Position numbers and translations under genes: made by a program | The notes under the pieces: generated by a model | What the model saw: only the letters and a program-made list of their open reading frames with translations | What the model was told of the DNA's origin: nothing | Databases searched by the model: none | Shown here: in pieces, positions 20,281 through 29,378 of the stretch | Layout: each line of letters starts with the position of its first letter | Position numbering within the stretch: position 1 is the stretch's first letter | DNA from: an uncultured Chloroflexia bacterium | GTDB lineage: Bacteria; Chloroflexota; Limnocylindria; Limnocylindrales; CSP1-4 | NCBI GenBank assembly: GCA_963746865.1 | Contig: CAVVDB010000003.1 | Span: 513,718 to 577,717 of the forward strand | Reading direction: 5' to 3' | DNA length: 64,000 bases

Positions 20281-22527
20281 ATGGCGACCACGACCCCACG
20301 AGCGAAGGCCACGACCGCGCCGCCCGCCAAACGCGGCCCGCGTCGCGCGCCGGCGATCGCTTCGGACAAGGGCGCGGCGGCCCCCGACCTCGAGGCACTC
20401 CGGGCGAACCTCTACGCGGCGATCCTGGCCGAACACCCGGGCAGCGACCTCGAGCCGGTCGGTCGCGCATTCGACCTCGCGGTCGCCGCCCATGACGGCC
20501 AGCACCGGGCGACCGGCGAGCCGTACGTCACGCACCCGATCGCCTCGGCCCAGATCCTGGCCGAGCTGGGGGTCGATACCGCCGCCATCCAGGCCGCCCT
20601 CCTGCACGACGTCCCCGAGGACACCGAATACAGCCTGACCGACGTCGAGGAGCGCTTCGGCGCCGAGGTGGCGCAGCTGGTCGACGGCGTCACCAAGCTG
20701 TCGAAGTTCAGCACCCACAGCCACGAGCAGCAGCAGGCCGAGAACATCCGGAAGATGCTCCTGGCGATGGCCCAGGACATCCGGGTCGTCCTCATCAAGC
20801 TGGCCGACCGGCTGCACAACATGCGCACGCTGTACGGCCTCCCGTCCGAGAAGCAGCAGCGGATCGCCCGCCAGACGATGGAGATCTACGCGCCGCTGGC
20901 CGAGCGGCTCGGGATCTGGCAGATGAAGTGGGAGCTCGAGGACCTGGCCTTCAAGGCGCTCGAGCCGGAGCGCTTCCGCGAGCTGGCGAAGCTGCTCGAC
21001 ACCCGGCGCAAGGGGCGCGAGACCTACATCGACCGCGCCATCGCCGAGCTCAAGCCCAAGCTCGAGGCCGCCGGCATCGAGGCCGACCTCCAGGGCCGCC
21101 CCAAGCACATCTACAGCATCTACAAGAAGATGGAGCGCAAGGGCGCCCAGTTCGGCGAGATCTACGACGTCTACGCCATCCGCATCCTGGTCGACGAGGT
21201 GCGCGACTGCTACGCCGCCCTCGGCATCGTCCACTCGATCTGGCGCCCGATCCCCGGCCAGTTCGACGACTACATCGCGGTCCCCAAGAACAACCTCTAC
21301 CAGTCGCTCCATACCGCGGTCATCGCCCTCGACGGCAAGCCGCTGGAGATCCAGATCCGGACCCAGGCGATGCACCAGGTCAGCGAGGTCGGGATCGCCG
21401 CCCACTGGCGCTACAAGGAGGGCACCAAGTCCGACCGCGAGTACGACGCCAAGCTCGCCTGGCTCCGCCAGCTGCTCGACTGGCAGCGCGACGTGTCGGA
21501 CGCCACCGAGTTCGTCGAGGGCATCAAGCTCGACATCTTCCAGGACCAGGTCTTCGTGTTCACCCCCAAGGGCGACATCAAGGACCTGCCGGCGGGCGCC
21601 ACGCCGCTCGACTTCGCCTATCGGATCCACACCGACGTCGGCCACCGCACGATCGGCGCGAAGGTCAACAACCGGCTCGTCCCGCTCGACTACCGGCTCA
21701 AGAACGGCGACATCGTCGAGGTCGTGACGACGAAGGGCGAGCACGGCCCGTCGCGCGACTGGATGAAGATCGTCAAGACCAGCCATGCGCGCGAGAAGAT
21801 CCGCCAATGGTTCAAGCGCAAGGACCGCGACGAGAACATCGTCCACGGCCGCGAATCGCTCGAACGTGAACTGCGTCGACTGGCGCGGACCTCGATCGGC
21901 GCGGTCGGCGCGGACCCCATCGCCGAGGTCGCGAAGCACTACAACTACGACACGATCGACGACTTCTACGCGGCCATCGGCTACGGCGCGGTCAGTGCCC
22001 AGACGGTCGTCATGCGGCTCGGCGTCGTCGACGACGTCCAGGGCACGCTGCCGACCGTCGCCCCGCCGCAAAAGCTCGAGCGGACCGGCGGCGTCCGGGT
22101 CAAGGGGGTGGGGGACCTGCTGGTCCGCTTCGCCAAGTGCTGCCACCCGATCCCGGGCGACCCGATCGTCGGGTTCATCACCCGGGGCAAGGGTGTGACC
22201 GTCCACCTGCAGGCCTGCCCCACGGTCATCAATGAGCGCGAGGTCGGGCGGTTGATCGACGTCGAGTGGGAATCCGCGCCGACGGAGACCTATCCGATCG
22301 CCATCCGGGTCGAAGCGTACGATCGGACCGGCCTGCTCTCCGACATCACCCAGGTGGTGGCCGAGAACAAGGTCAACATCGTGGCCGCCCACGTCGGCGT
22401 GACGCCGGACCACACGGCCGTCGTGACCGCCACCATCCAGGTTCACTCGGTCTCGCAGCTGGCCCGGGTGATGGGCCGGATCGAGACGCTCAAGGACGTC
22501 ATCTCGGTCCAGCGCGACGTCGGGTGA
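20281..22527 (+). CDS. rel: Bifunctional (p)ppGpp synthetase/hydrolase RelA/SpoT family
   Basis: HD hydrolase domain (HDVPEDT), synthetase domain (YRSLHT-like QSLHTAV, RTQAMH), TGS and C-terminal ACT. ATG 20281 lies inside track ORF 20209..22527. Confidence 0.9.
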   Translation: MATTTPRAKATTAPPAKRGPRRAPAIASDKGAAAPDLEALRANLYAAILAEHPGSDLEPVGRAFDLAVAAHDGQHRATGEPYVTHPIASAQILAELGVDTAAIQAALLHDVPEDTEYSLTDVEERFGAEVAQLVDGVTKLSKFSTHSHEQQQAENIRKMLLAMAQDIRVVLIKLADRLHNMRTLYGLPSEKQQRIARQTMEIYAPLAERLGIWQMKWELEDLAFKALEPERFRELAKLLDTRRKGRETYIDRAIAELKPKLEAAGIEADLQGRPKHIYSIYKKMERKGAQFGEIYDVYAIRILVDEVRDCYAALGIVHSIWRPIPGQFDDYIAVPKNNLYQSLHTAVIALDGKPLEIQIRTQAMHQVSEVGIAAHWRYKEGTKSDREYDAKLAWLRQLLDWQRDVSDATEFVEGIKLDIFQDQVFVFTPKGDIKDLPAGATPLDFAYRIHTDVGHRTIGAKVNNRLVPLDYRLKNGDIVEVVTTKGEHGPSRDWMKIVKTSHAREKIRQWFKRKDRDENIVHGRESLERELRRLARTSIGAVGADPIAEVAKHYNYDTIDDFYAAIGYGAVSAQTVVMRLGVVDDVQGTLPTVAPPQKLERTGGVRVKGVGDLLVRFAKCCHPIPGDPIVGFITRGKGVTVHLQACPTVINEREVGRLIDVEWESAPTETYPIAIRVEAYDRTGLLSDITQVVAENKVNIVAAHVGVTPDHTAVVTATIQVHSVSQLARVMGRIETLKDVISVQRDVG

Positions 22528-24028
22528 GCGCCAGCGACGGACCGATCTTCCGCCATGGCGTCGCGAGCGGTGATCCCGCCGCGGACCGGGTCGTGATCTG
22601 GACCCGGGTCACGACCGACGACGGTACCGAACCGGACGTGACCTGGTGGATCGAGGATGCCGCCGATGCGCGCGCTCGACAGAGCGGCCATGGTCCGCGC
22701 CCTGGCCGCGAACGACTGGACGGTCCACGTCGATGTCGACGGGCTGGAGCCCGGCCACCGCTATCGCTACGGGTTCGAGGCGCTCGGCGAGGCGTCAGAG
22801 GTCGGTCGCACGCGGACCCTGCCGACCGACGACGTCAGTCGACTTCGCTTCGGCCAGGTGTCGTGCGCCAAGTTCAACGCCGGCTTCTTCAACGCCTTCG
22901 CACGGCTGGCGGAGCGTGACGACCTCGACGCCATCATCCACCTCGGCGACACCATCTACGAGGCCTCGAACACGCCGCCGGCGACCCAGACCCCCGGCGC
23001 GGACATCGGGCGTCCGTTCGACCCGCTCCACGAGTGCAAGACCCTCGACGACTACCGCCGCCGATACCGGCAGTACCGAACGGACCCTGATATCCGTGCC
23101 GCGCATGCCGCCCATCCATTCATCTGCACGCTCGACGATCACGAGTTCGCCGACGGCGCGTGGCGCGACGGCGCGGACAACCACGACGAAGGTCGCGGAC
23201 GGGCCGTGGAGCCGGCGCAAGGCGGACGCGTTCCGGGCGCGCGCCGAGTGGCTGCCGATCCGACCGCCGGATCCGGTCGACCCCAGTCGGGCCTTCCGGA
23301 CCGTCCGCTTCGGGCGGCTCGCCGACCTGTTCCTGATCGACACGCGCACGCGTCGCGACCAGCCGGTCCCACCGCCGGATCTGTCACGAGCCGATCGGAC
23401 GGCCCTCGGTCCCGAGCAGAAGGCCTGGCTGTTCGGCGAGCTGGAGCGCTCGACGGCGACGTGGCGCCTGCTCGGCAACCCGTCGGTCATGGCCCGCACC
23501 TGGAACGACGACCTGCCGGACGCGGTCAAGGCGGCCCTCGTCAAGGTCAAGCTCATCGACGCCGACGGCAGCGGACCCGACTACGACCAATGGGACGGTT
23601 ATCCGGCCGAGCGGGCCGAGGTCCTCGCGCGGATCGGCGCGACCGGCCCGCGCAACGTCGTCGTCCTGAGCGGCGACGTCCATGTCGGGATGGCGATCGA
23701 GCTGGCCGTCCAGCCGGCTGATGACCCGGTCGCGGTCGAGTTCGTCAACTCGAGCCTCACCTCCCAGAACCTCGACGACAAGATGGGCTGGCAACCGCTC
23801 ACCGAGTCGATCCCGCTGGCCGACGCGTATGTGGCTGGGATGAGCCACATCCACTGGGTCGACTTCGACAGCCACGGCTACAACCTCGTCGACGTCACTC
23901 CTGAGCACGTCCACGTGGAGTGGTGGGCGGTCGACACGGTCCTGAGCCGCACGAAGGTCGAGCGCCGGGTGGCCACATGGAGCGTCGCCCTCGGCGAGCC
24001 ACGCCTTGTCCCGGGCATGGGGTCTTGA
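22524..24028 (+). pseudogene. phoD: Alkaline phosphatase D family (PhoD-like); two +1 frame breaks
   Basis: GTG 22524 (GTGA overlap with rel). FRHGVASGDPAADRVVIWTR is in frame 0, GHRYRYGF..IHLGDTIYE..LDDHEFADG in frame 1, and WSRRKADAFRARAEWLPIR..VVLSGDVH..HVEWW in frame 2. Breaks lie near 22665-22675 and 23190. Confidence 0.8.
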
Positions 24029-24053
24029 CACTCAAGATTAGTCCGCCTAGACT
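24025..24053 (+). promoter_or_regulatory. Sigma-70-type promoter of the TA operon (TTGACA, 17 nt spacer, TAGACT) with an overlapping 6-bp inverted repeat
   Basis: A perfect -35 TTGACA at 24025-30 overlaps the phoD stop. The -10 TAGACT is at 24048-53 and the ATG at 24060 lies 7 nt after it (leaderless). The inverted repeat TTAGTC (24038-43) / GACTAA (24050-55) spans the -10. Local GC drops sharply. Confidence 0.5.
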
Positions 24054-24059
24054 AAGTCA

Positions 24060-24320
24060 ATGACCACCGAGATCGTCAACGTCCACGCTGCGAAGACCCA
24101 CTTGTCGCGACTCCTCGAACGGGCCGAGGCCGGCGAGGAGATCGTCATCGGCCGCGCCGGCAAGCCCATCGCGAAGCTCGTCCCGTACGTTCCAGATCGA
24201 CCGAAGCGCGTGTTCGGTGCCCTGAAGGGTCAGATTCGCATCCTGCCGGGCTTTGATGAGCTGGATGCCGAGATCGCACAGGACTTCGAAGACAGCATCG
24301 CGCGTCCACTCGAGCCGTGA
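24060..24320 (+). CDS. Type II antitoxin, Phd/YefM family
   Basis: 86 aa. VNVHAAKTHLSRLLERAEAGEEIVIGRAGKPIAKLVP is the classic Phd/YefM N-terminus. GTGA overlap with the toxin gene. Confidence 0.85.
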   Translation: MTTEIVNVHAAKTHLSRLLERAEAGEEIVIGRAGKPIAKLVPYVPDRPKRVFGALKGQIRILPGFDELDAEIAQDFEDSIARPLEP

Positions 24321-24691
24321 ACCTGCTGCTCGATACCCATGCCATCCTGTGGTTCGTCGGCGGCGAGGCTGAGCTTCGAGACGACGCACGAGCGGCGATC
24401 GAATCTGCGGATCGCACCTACGTCAGTGCCGCGTCGATCTGGGAGCTGGCCGTGAAGCACGCGCGCGGGCGGCTCGTGGCGCCCGAGAATCTCCCCGAGC
24501 GACTACGAGAGCTTGGATTCATCGAGCTGGTTCTTGGCTGGGAGCACGCGCAGGTGGCGGGCGAGCTCCCGCGGCATCATGGAGACCCGTTCGATCGGAT
24601 GCTCGTGGCCCAGGCGATGGTCGAGCGCCTGACCATCGTCACACGTGACGCCCTGATCGGCAGGTATGGCGTGCCCGTGATCATGGCCTGA
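24317..24691 (+). CDS. vapC: Type II toxin, PIN-domain ribonuclease (VapC family)
   Basis: 124 aa. LLDTHAILW (first acidic residue), SAASIWELAVK, HGDPFDRMLVAQA and TRD match PIN-domain acidic residues. Confidence 0.85.
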   Translation: MNLLLDTHAILWFVGGEAELRDDARAAIESADRTYVSAASIWELAVKHARGRLVAPENLPERLRELGFIELVLGWEHAQVAGELPRHHGDPFDRMLVAQAMVERLTIVTRDALIGRYGVPVIMA

Positions 24692-24710
24692 CCCTCTAGA
24701 CTCCGCGTCG

Positions 24711-26009
24711 ATGCCATCGTTTCGAGCCCCGCGCGGGACGCGCGACCTGCTGCCGCCCGAGACCGCGACCTGGACGCGCCTGGAGCACCTCGCGGCCGAC
24801 CTCGCCGCGCGCTATGGCTATCGCCGGATCGAGACGCCGCTGTTCGAGCTGACCGACGTCTTTGAGCGCGGCGTCGGCGAGGTCACCGACATCGTCGAAA
24901 AGGAGCTGTTCAGGCTCGCACCCCGGACGGAGGAGGGCGAGTCGTGGGCACTCCGGCCGGAGCCGACCGCCGGCATCGTCCGCGCCTACGTCCAGCACGG
25001 GATGCAGACCTGGCCGCAGCCGGTCAAGTTGACCGAGACCGGGCCGATGTTCCGCTACGACCGGCCGCAGGCCGGCCGCTACCGCCAGTTCTGGCAGTGG
25101 GACGTCGAGGCGATCGGCGATCCGGGACCGGCCGTCGACGCCGAGCTGATCGAGCTCGCGATGCGCTTCTATCGCGATGCCGGCCTCGAAGGCGTCACGC
25201 CCCACCTGAACTCGATCGGCGACTCGACCTGTCGCCCGGCCTACGTCGCCGAGCTGACCGCCTACTACGAGGGCCACCGGGGCGAGCTGCCCGACCTCGA
25301 GCGAGCTCGCCTCGGGCGAAACGTCCTGCGCCTGCTCGACTCGAAGGATCCGGCCATGGCGGCCCTCAACGCCTCGGCGCCGAAGATCACCGACCGTCTA
25401 TGCGACGCGTGCGCCGAGCACTTCGCCGGCGTCCGCGCCCACCTCGACGTGCTGGGGGTAGCCTATCGGCTGGAGCCCGGGCTCGTCCGCGGGCTCGACT
25501 ACTACACCCGGACCGCCTTCGAGTTCTACGTCACCGGCCGCGAGGGCCAGCAGCAGGCGGTCGGTGGCGGCGGACGATACGACGGCCTGGTCGAATTGCT
25601 CGGCGGGCGCCCGACCCCCGGGATCGGGTTCGGGATCGGCCTCGACCGACTCATCCTGTCGCTCACCGAGACCGGCGTCGCCACGGCGCCTGAACCCGCC
25701 CCGGTCGCCGTGGTCGTCGGCGCCGATCCGGACGACACGGCAGGGCGCCTGAGGGTCGCCACGGATCTACGAGGCGCCGGGATCGCGGCCAGGGCGGAAC
25801 TGGGCCGCCGCAAGCTCGGCAAGCAGCTCGAGTCGGCCGCACGCGACCAGGCGCACTTCGCGGTCATCCTCGGCGACGAACTCGCCGGCGGCGAGGTCGG
25901 TCTGCGCGACCTCCCGGCCGGAACACAGAAGCTGGTCGCGATCGGCGACCTCGCCCGCGAGATCGAGCGTGCCCACGGCGCGCACCGCCACGGCGCCGGG
26001 CCGGACTGA
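24711..26009 (+). CDS. hisS: Histidine--tRNA ligase
   Basis: 432 aa. PRGTRDLLP, class II motifs (FRYDRPQAGRYRQFWQ, GGGRYDGL) and a C-terminal anticodon-binding domain. Confidence 0.95.
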   Translation: MPSFRAPRGTRDLLPPETATWTRLEHLAADLAARYGYRRIETPLFELTDVFERGVGEVTDIVEKELFRLAPRTEEGESWALRPEPTAGIVRAYVQHGMQTWPQPVKLTETGPMFRYDRPQAGRYRQFWQWDVEAIGDPGPAVDAELIELAMRFYRDAGLEGVTPHLNSIGDSTCRPAYVAELTAYYEGHRGELPDLERARLGRNVLRLLDSKDPAMAALNASAPKITDRLCDACAEHFAGVRAHLDVLGVAYRLEPGLVRGLDYYTRTAFEFYVTGREGQQQAVGGGGRYDGLVELLGGRPTPGIGFGIGLDRLILSLTETGVATAPEPAPVAVVVGADPDDTAGRLRVATDLRGAGIAARAELGRRKLGKQLESAARDQAHFAVILGDELAGGEVGLRDLPAGTQKLVAIGDLAREIERAHGAHRHGAGPD

Positions 26010-26019
26010 CGGTCGCGCC

Positions 26020-27052
26020 TCAGCCCTTGCCGGGGCGTAGACGCCTGCGCCAGCCCGCGCCCGCGATCGCGGCGACGGAACCGCCCAGCACGACCGCCAG
26101 GACGACCCATGTCGGCCAGGCCGCGTCATCCGCCGGGGATGGCAATTCGGCTAGGGCAGTGTCGATGGCGGGGGTCGGGACGGGCGTCGGGTTCGAGATG
26201 ACGGCCGCCATCGGAGGGAGGCTGGCTGCGACCGTCGGCGCAGCGCATGGCAGATGGGCCGGCCGATGGCGTCGCACTGAGGGAGGCCGCGGCCTTGGGC
26301 GTGGGCGTCGCCGCAGACGCCCTGGCGGGTGCCTTCGCCGGGATCGGTTGGATGGACACGTACCGGCCGTCCCAGATCATCGGCTTCGGCGCGTACTTCC
26401 AGGGCGTGAAGTAGCGCTTGAGCTGGGCTGTCGTCAGCCTCGTGTTCGGTGGCATGTCATAGCCGTTCTTGCTCTGCAACCCGTAGAGCGGTCCGACGAC
26501 CCGGACGCTCGTCACCTTGAACGAGTCGGTCGCAGCCGGATCGGCCGACGCCCGGAACCCGGTCAGGATCCAGCCGTGGCCGCCGTGCGAGACCGTGATG
26601 GCCACCGGCAGATTCGTCCGGCGCAGGTTCTTGACGGCCGATCGCAGCGCGTCTTCGAAGCTGCGGCTCGAGACCAGCCGATAGCGGTCGTCGACGAAGT
26701 GGCGGAGTCCGGCCGTCCAACCCGCCGGGTCGACCCCCGCCGAGACGGGCAGCGCGTAGCGGTTGTGCTTGCGCATCCAGTCGAAGTAGCGCCGCTGACC
26801 GGACGCCGAATGGTCCTTCCGGCGCTCGACGATGTTGTCGACGATCTGGACGCCGGCGGCCGTGCACCACAGCCACGACTTCTGGGTCGTGAACGTGCCG
26901 GCGCGGTAGAGGTCGACGCCTCCATTCCACGCGGGAAGCGCCGCCCCGGCGGCCGCCGTCGGCTGGGGCGCACCTGCGCCGACCACGAAGCCAAGGACGA
27001 CGACCCACCCGATGATCGAACGAAGGCGCCCGGATCTCGCCATCGCGTCCAT
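26020..27052 (-). pseudogene. Secreted papain-like (C39-like) Cys/His peptidase-domain protein with a Pro/Thr/Ala linker and C-terminal TM anchor; one +1 frame break
   Basis: Signal-like N-terminus MARSGRLRSIIGWVVVLGFVV. Candidate catalytic residues are Cys (SWLWCTAAG) and His (HGGHGWILTGF). The C-terminus continues in the +1 frame (track ORF 26020..26277: PTPVPTPAIDTALAELPSPADDAAWPTWVVLAVVLGGSVAAIAGAGWRRRLRPGKG*). The break lies near 26235-26265. The family call is tentative. Confidence 0.55.
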
Positions 27053-27099
27053 CCTGCCCCGATTCGGCCGATCGCGCACCCAACAGCCGTCTGCGGCGA

Positions 27100-27879
27100 T
27101 CAGCCGATGAGCAATCGGAGCGCGACCGTGACGCCGATGACGATGATCGCGACCCGCAGGGCGAACGGCGACAGCCGGCGGCCGACCACGGCCCCAAGCT
27201 GACCGCCGATCGTCGAGCCGACCGCAAGCAGGATGGCCGGGATCCAGGCGACCGGCGCGAGGGCGATGAACAGGATCGCCGCTACGGTATTGATGACCGC
27301 CGCGATGACGTTCTTCAGCCCGTTGAGGCGCTGCAGGTCGTCGTCCACGAGGATCGCCAGCAGCGCGATGAGGATGACCCCCTGGGCGGCCCCGAAGTAG
27401 CCGCCGTAGATGCCGGTCAGGTAGACCCCGACGACGAGCAACGGGCCGCCACCGGCGACGACGACCCCTGAACGAGCCCGTCGGCTCACGACCCAAGCCG
27501 TCAGCCGTGGCTGGACGGCGACCAGGGCACAAGCGACGAGGATCAGGATCGGCACGATCCGAGCGAACGCGCTGGCCGGCAGGACGAGCAGGAGGCACGC
27601 GCCGGTCAGGCCGCCGAGCGCCGCCGCCACGAGCAACGGCCTCGCGCGCTGGCGTTGGCCTGCGAGTTCCCGGCGGTACCCGATCGAGCCGCTGATCGCG
27701 CCCGGGACCAGTCCGATCGTGTTCGAGACATTGGCCACGAGGGGCGGGTAGCCGAGGAAGAGCAGGGTGGGGAAGGTGATCAATGAGCCCGCGCCGACGA
27801 TCGTGTTCATGATCCCGGCGACGACGCCGGCCGCGACGACGATGATGGCGCTGACCGGGTCGATCAATCCACGCTCCAA
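27100..27879 (-). CDS. TauE/SafE-family (DUF81) anion exporter membrane protein
   Basis: Multi-TM protein with GIMNTIVGAGSLITFP and GIYGGYFGAAQG half-repeats. The start is uncertain (TTG 27879, TTG 27867 or GTG 27933). Track ORF 27100..28185 over-extends across the divergent promoter. Confidence 0.75.
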   Translation of the reverse strand: MERGLIDPVSAIIVVAAGVVAGIMNTIVGAGSLITFPTLLFLGYPPLVANVSNTIGLVPGAISGSIGYRRELAGQRQRARPLLVAAALGGLTGACLLLVLPASAFARIVPILILVACALVAVQPRLTAWVVSRRARSGVVVAGGGPLLVVGVYLTGIYGGYFGAAQGVILIALLAILVDDDLQRLNGLKNVIAAVINTVAAILFIALAPVAWIPAILLAVGSTIGGQLGAVVGRRLSPFALRVAIIVIGVTVALRLLIG

Positions 27880-27952
27880 GGGTGTAGGCGGCGGAGCGTA
27901 CAGAACCCGGGGTACACTCGTCGGGTCGTCCACGAGCCGGAGGGACCCGACC

Positions 27953-28945
27953 ATGCGCCCGAGACGGGTTCTCCACAGTCCGACCGTCGAGCCCGAGCCG
28001 TTCGATCCGACCGCCTTCCCCGGGATCGAGGAGCGCCGACGCGCCGACGGCGGCGCCGCGAGCCAGCGCTGGCGCGAGCTCGTCGCCGCCAACGACACGA
28101 TCATCGCCGACGGCGCGATGGGCACCATGCTGTTCGCCAACGGCCTGCTGTTCGGTGACCCGCCCGAGGTCTGGAACCTGTCCAAGCCCGACGTCGTGCG
28201 ACGGATCCACCGCGGCTACCTTGAGGCCGGTTCGCAGATCCTCATGACCAACACGTTCGGCGGCAACCGCATGCGACTCAGCCTCCACGGCCTGCAGGAT
28301 CGCGTCGCGGAGCTCAACCAGACCGCGGCGATCCTGGTGCGCAGCGAGGTCGACGCTGCCGGCGGGACGGCCCTGGTCGCGGGCGACATCGGTCCAAGCG
28401 GCGCGATCCTGGCGCCCACTGGCACGCTCGACTACGACGAGGCGGTCGATATCTTCACCGAGCAGGCAGCCGCCCTGGTCGCCGGCGGCGTCGATCTCAT
28501 CTGGATCGAGACGATGTCCGACCTGCCCGAGATCAAGGCGGCCATCGAGGGCGTCCGTCGTGTCTCACCGGGGATCGCGCTGATCGCGACGATGACGTTC
28601 GATACCCGCGGACACACGATGATGGGGGTCTCGCCCGAGCAGGCGATCGCGTCGCTCACCGCCTGGGGCGCGGACGCCGTCGGCGGCAACTGCGGCAACG
28701 GCCCCGATGAGCTCATCACCGTCATCGAGCGGATGCATGCGACCGACCCGGTGGTCCCGCTCGTCGCCAAGTCGAACGCCGGGATGCCTGAGCTTGTCGA
28801 CATGCGTGCCGTCTACAAGGCCGACCCCGCGACGATGGCCGCCGCAGCCGTGACGATGCGCGAGGCCGGCGCGTCGATCGTCGGCGGCTGCTGCGGCAAC
28901 ACGCCCGAGCACCTGAAGGCGATCGCGACAGCGCTCTCGGACTGA
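27953..28945 (+). CDS. Homocysteine S-methyltransferase domain protein (MetH N-terminal / BHMT-like)
   Basis: ATG 27953 has SD GGAGGG 8 nt upstream. DGAMGTML, MTNTFG and the Zn-ligand motifs GGNCG and GGCCG are present. Confidence 0.85.
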   Translation: MRPRRVLHSPTVEPEPFDPTAFPGIEERRRADGGAASQRWRELVAANDTIIADGAMGTMLFANGLLFGDPPEVWNLSKPDVVRRIHRGYLEAGSQILMTNTFGGNRMRLSLHGLQDRVAELNQTAAILVRSEVDAAGGTALVAGDIGPSGAILAPTGTLDYDEAVDIFTEQAAALVAGGVDLIWIETMSDLPEIKAAIEGVRRVSPGIALIATMTFDTRGHTMMGVSPEQAIASLTAWGADAVGGNCGNGPDELITVIERMHATDPVVPLVAKSNAGMPELVDMRAVYKADPATMAAAAVTMREAGASIVGGCCGNTPEHLKAIATALSD

Positions 28946-28948
28946 CCC

Positions 28949-29312
28949 TCAGTAGACGAGGACCCGGTCGGCCCCGAAGGCCAGCTCGACGAGGCGGTCG
29001 GGCGGCGCCATGGTGACGGGCAGACCGCCAAGCGCGTCGGGACCGAGCCCTCTGGCCTTGCTCGACATGCCCGATGCATACAGGGTCGCGCCACCCGCCA
29101 CGATGGCGTCGATGTGCTCGCGGAAGCTGCCCGTGCCGATGCCATGGCCGACATCGAGCGTTTCGGGCCGGAGTATGCCCACGCCGTCGCCGGCGATGAA
29201 CAGGTCGACGTCGTGGCCACCTGCCAACGCGGTCCGCGCCACGAGCAGGCCGAGAGCTGCGCGGGTCGGATTCTCCGGGCCCGTTGACGATGTGGACCAA
29301 CAGCCGTGACAT
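28949..29312 (-). pseudogene. DsrE/DsrF-like sulfur-relay family protein; one +1 frame break near 29277
   Basis: SD GGAGGTG precedes ATG 29312, which gives [12 protein letters not shown]. The +1 frame (track ORF 28949..29344) then gives ENPTRAALGLLVARTALAGGHDVDLFIAGDGV.. Confidence 0.6.
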
Positions 29313-29378
29313 GGTCGACACCTCCAACGATCGCGGGCCAGCATCGGACGGCCGGTCAGCGGCTACGATACGCCGGCC

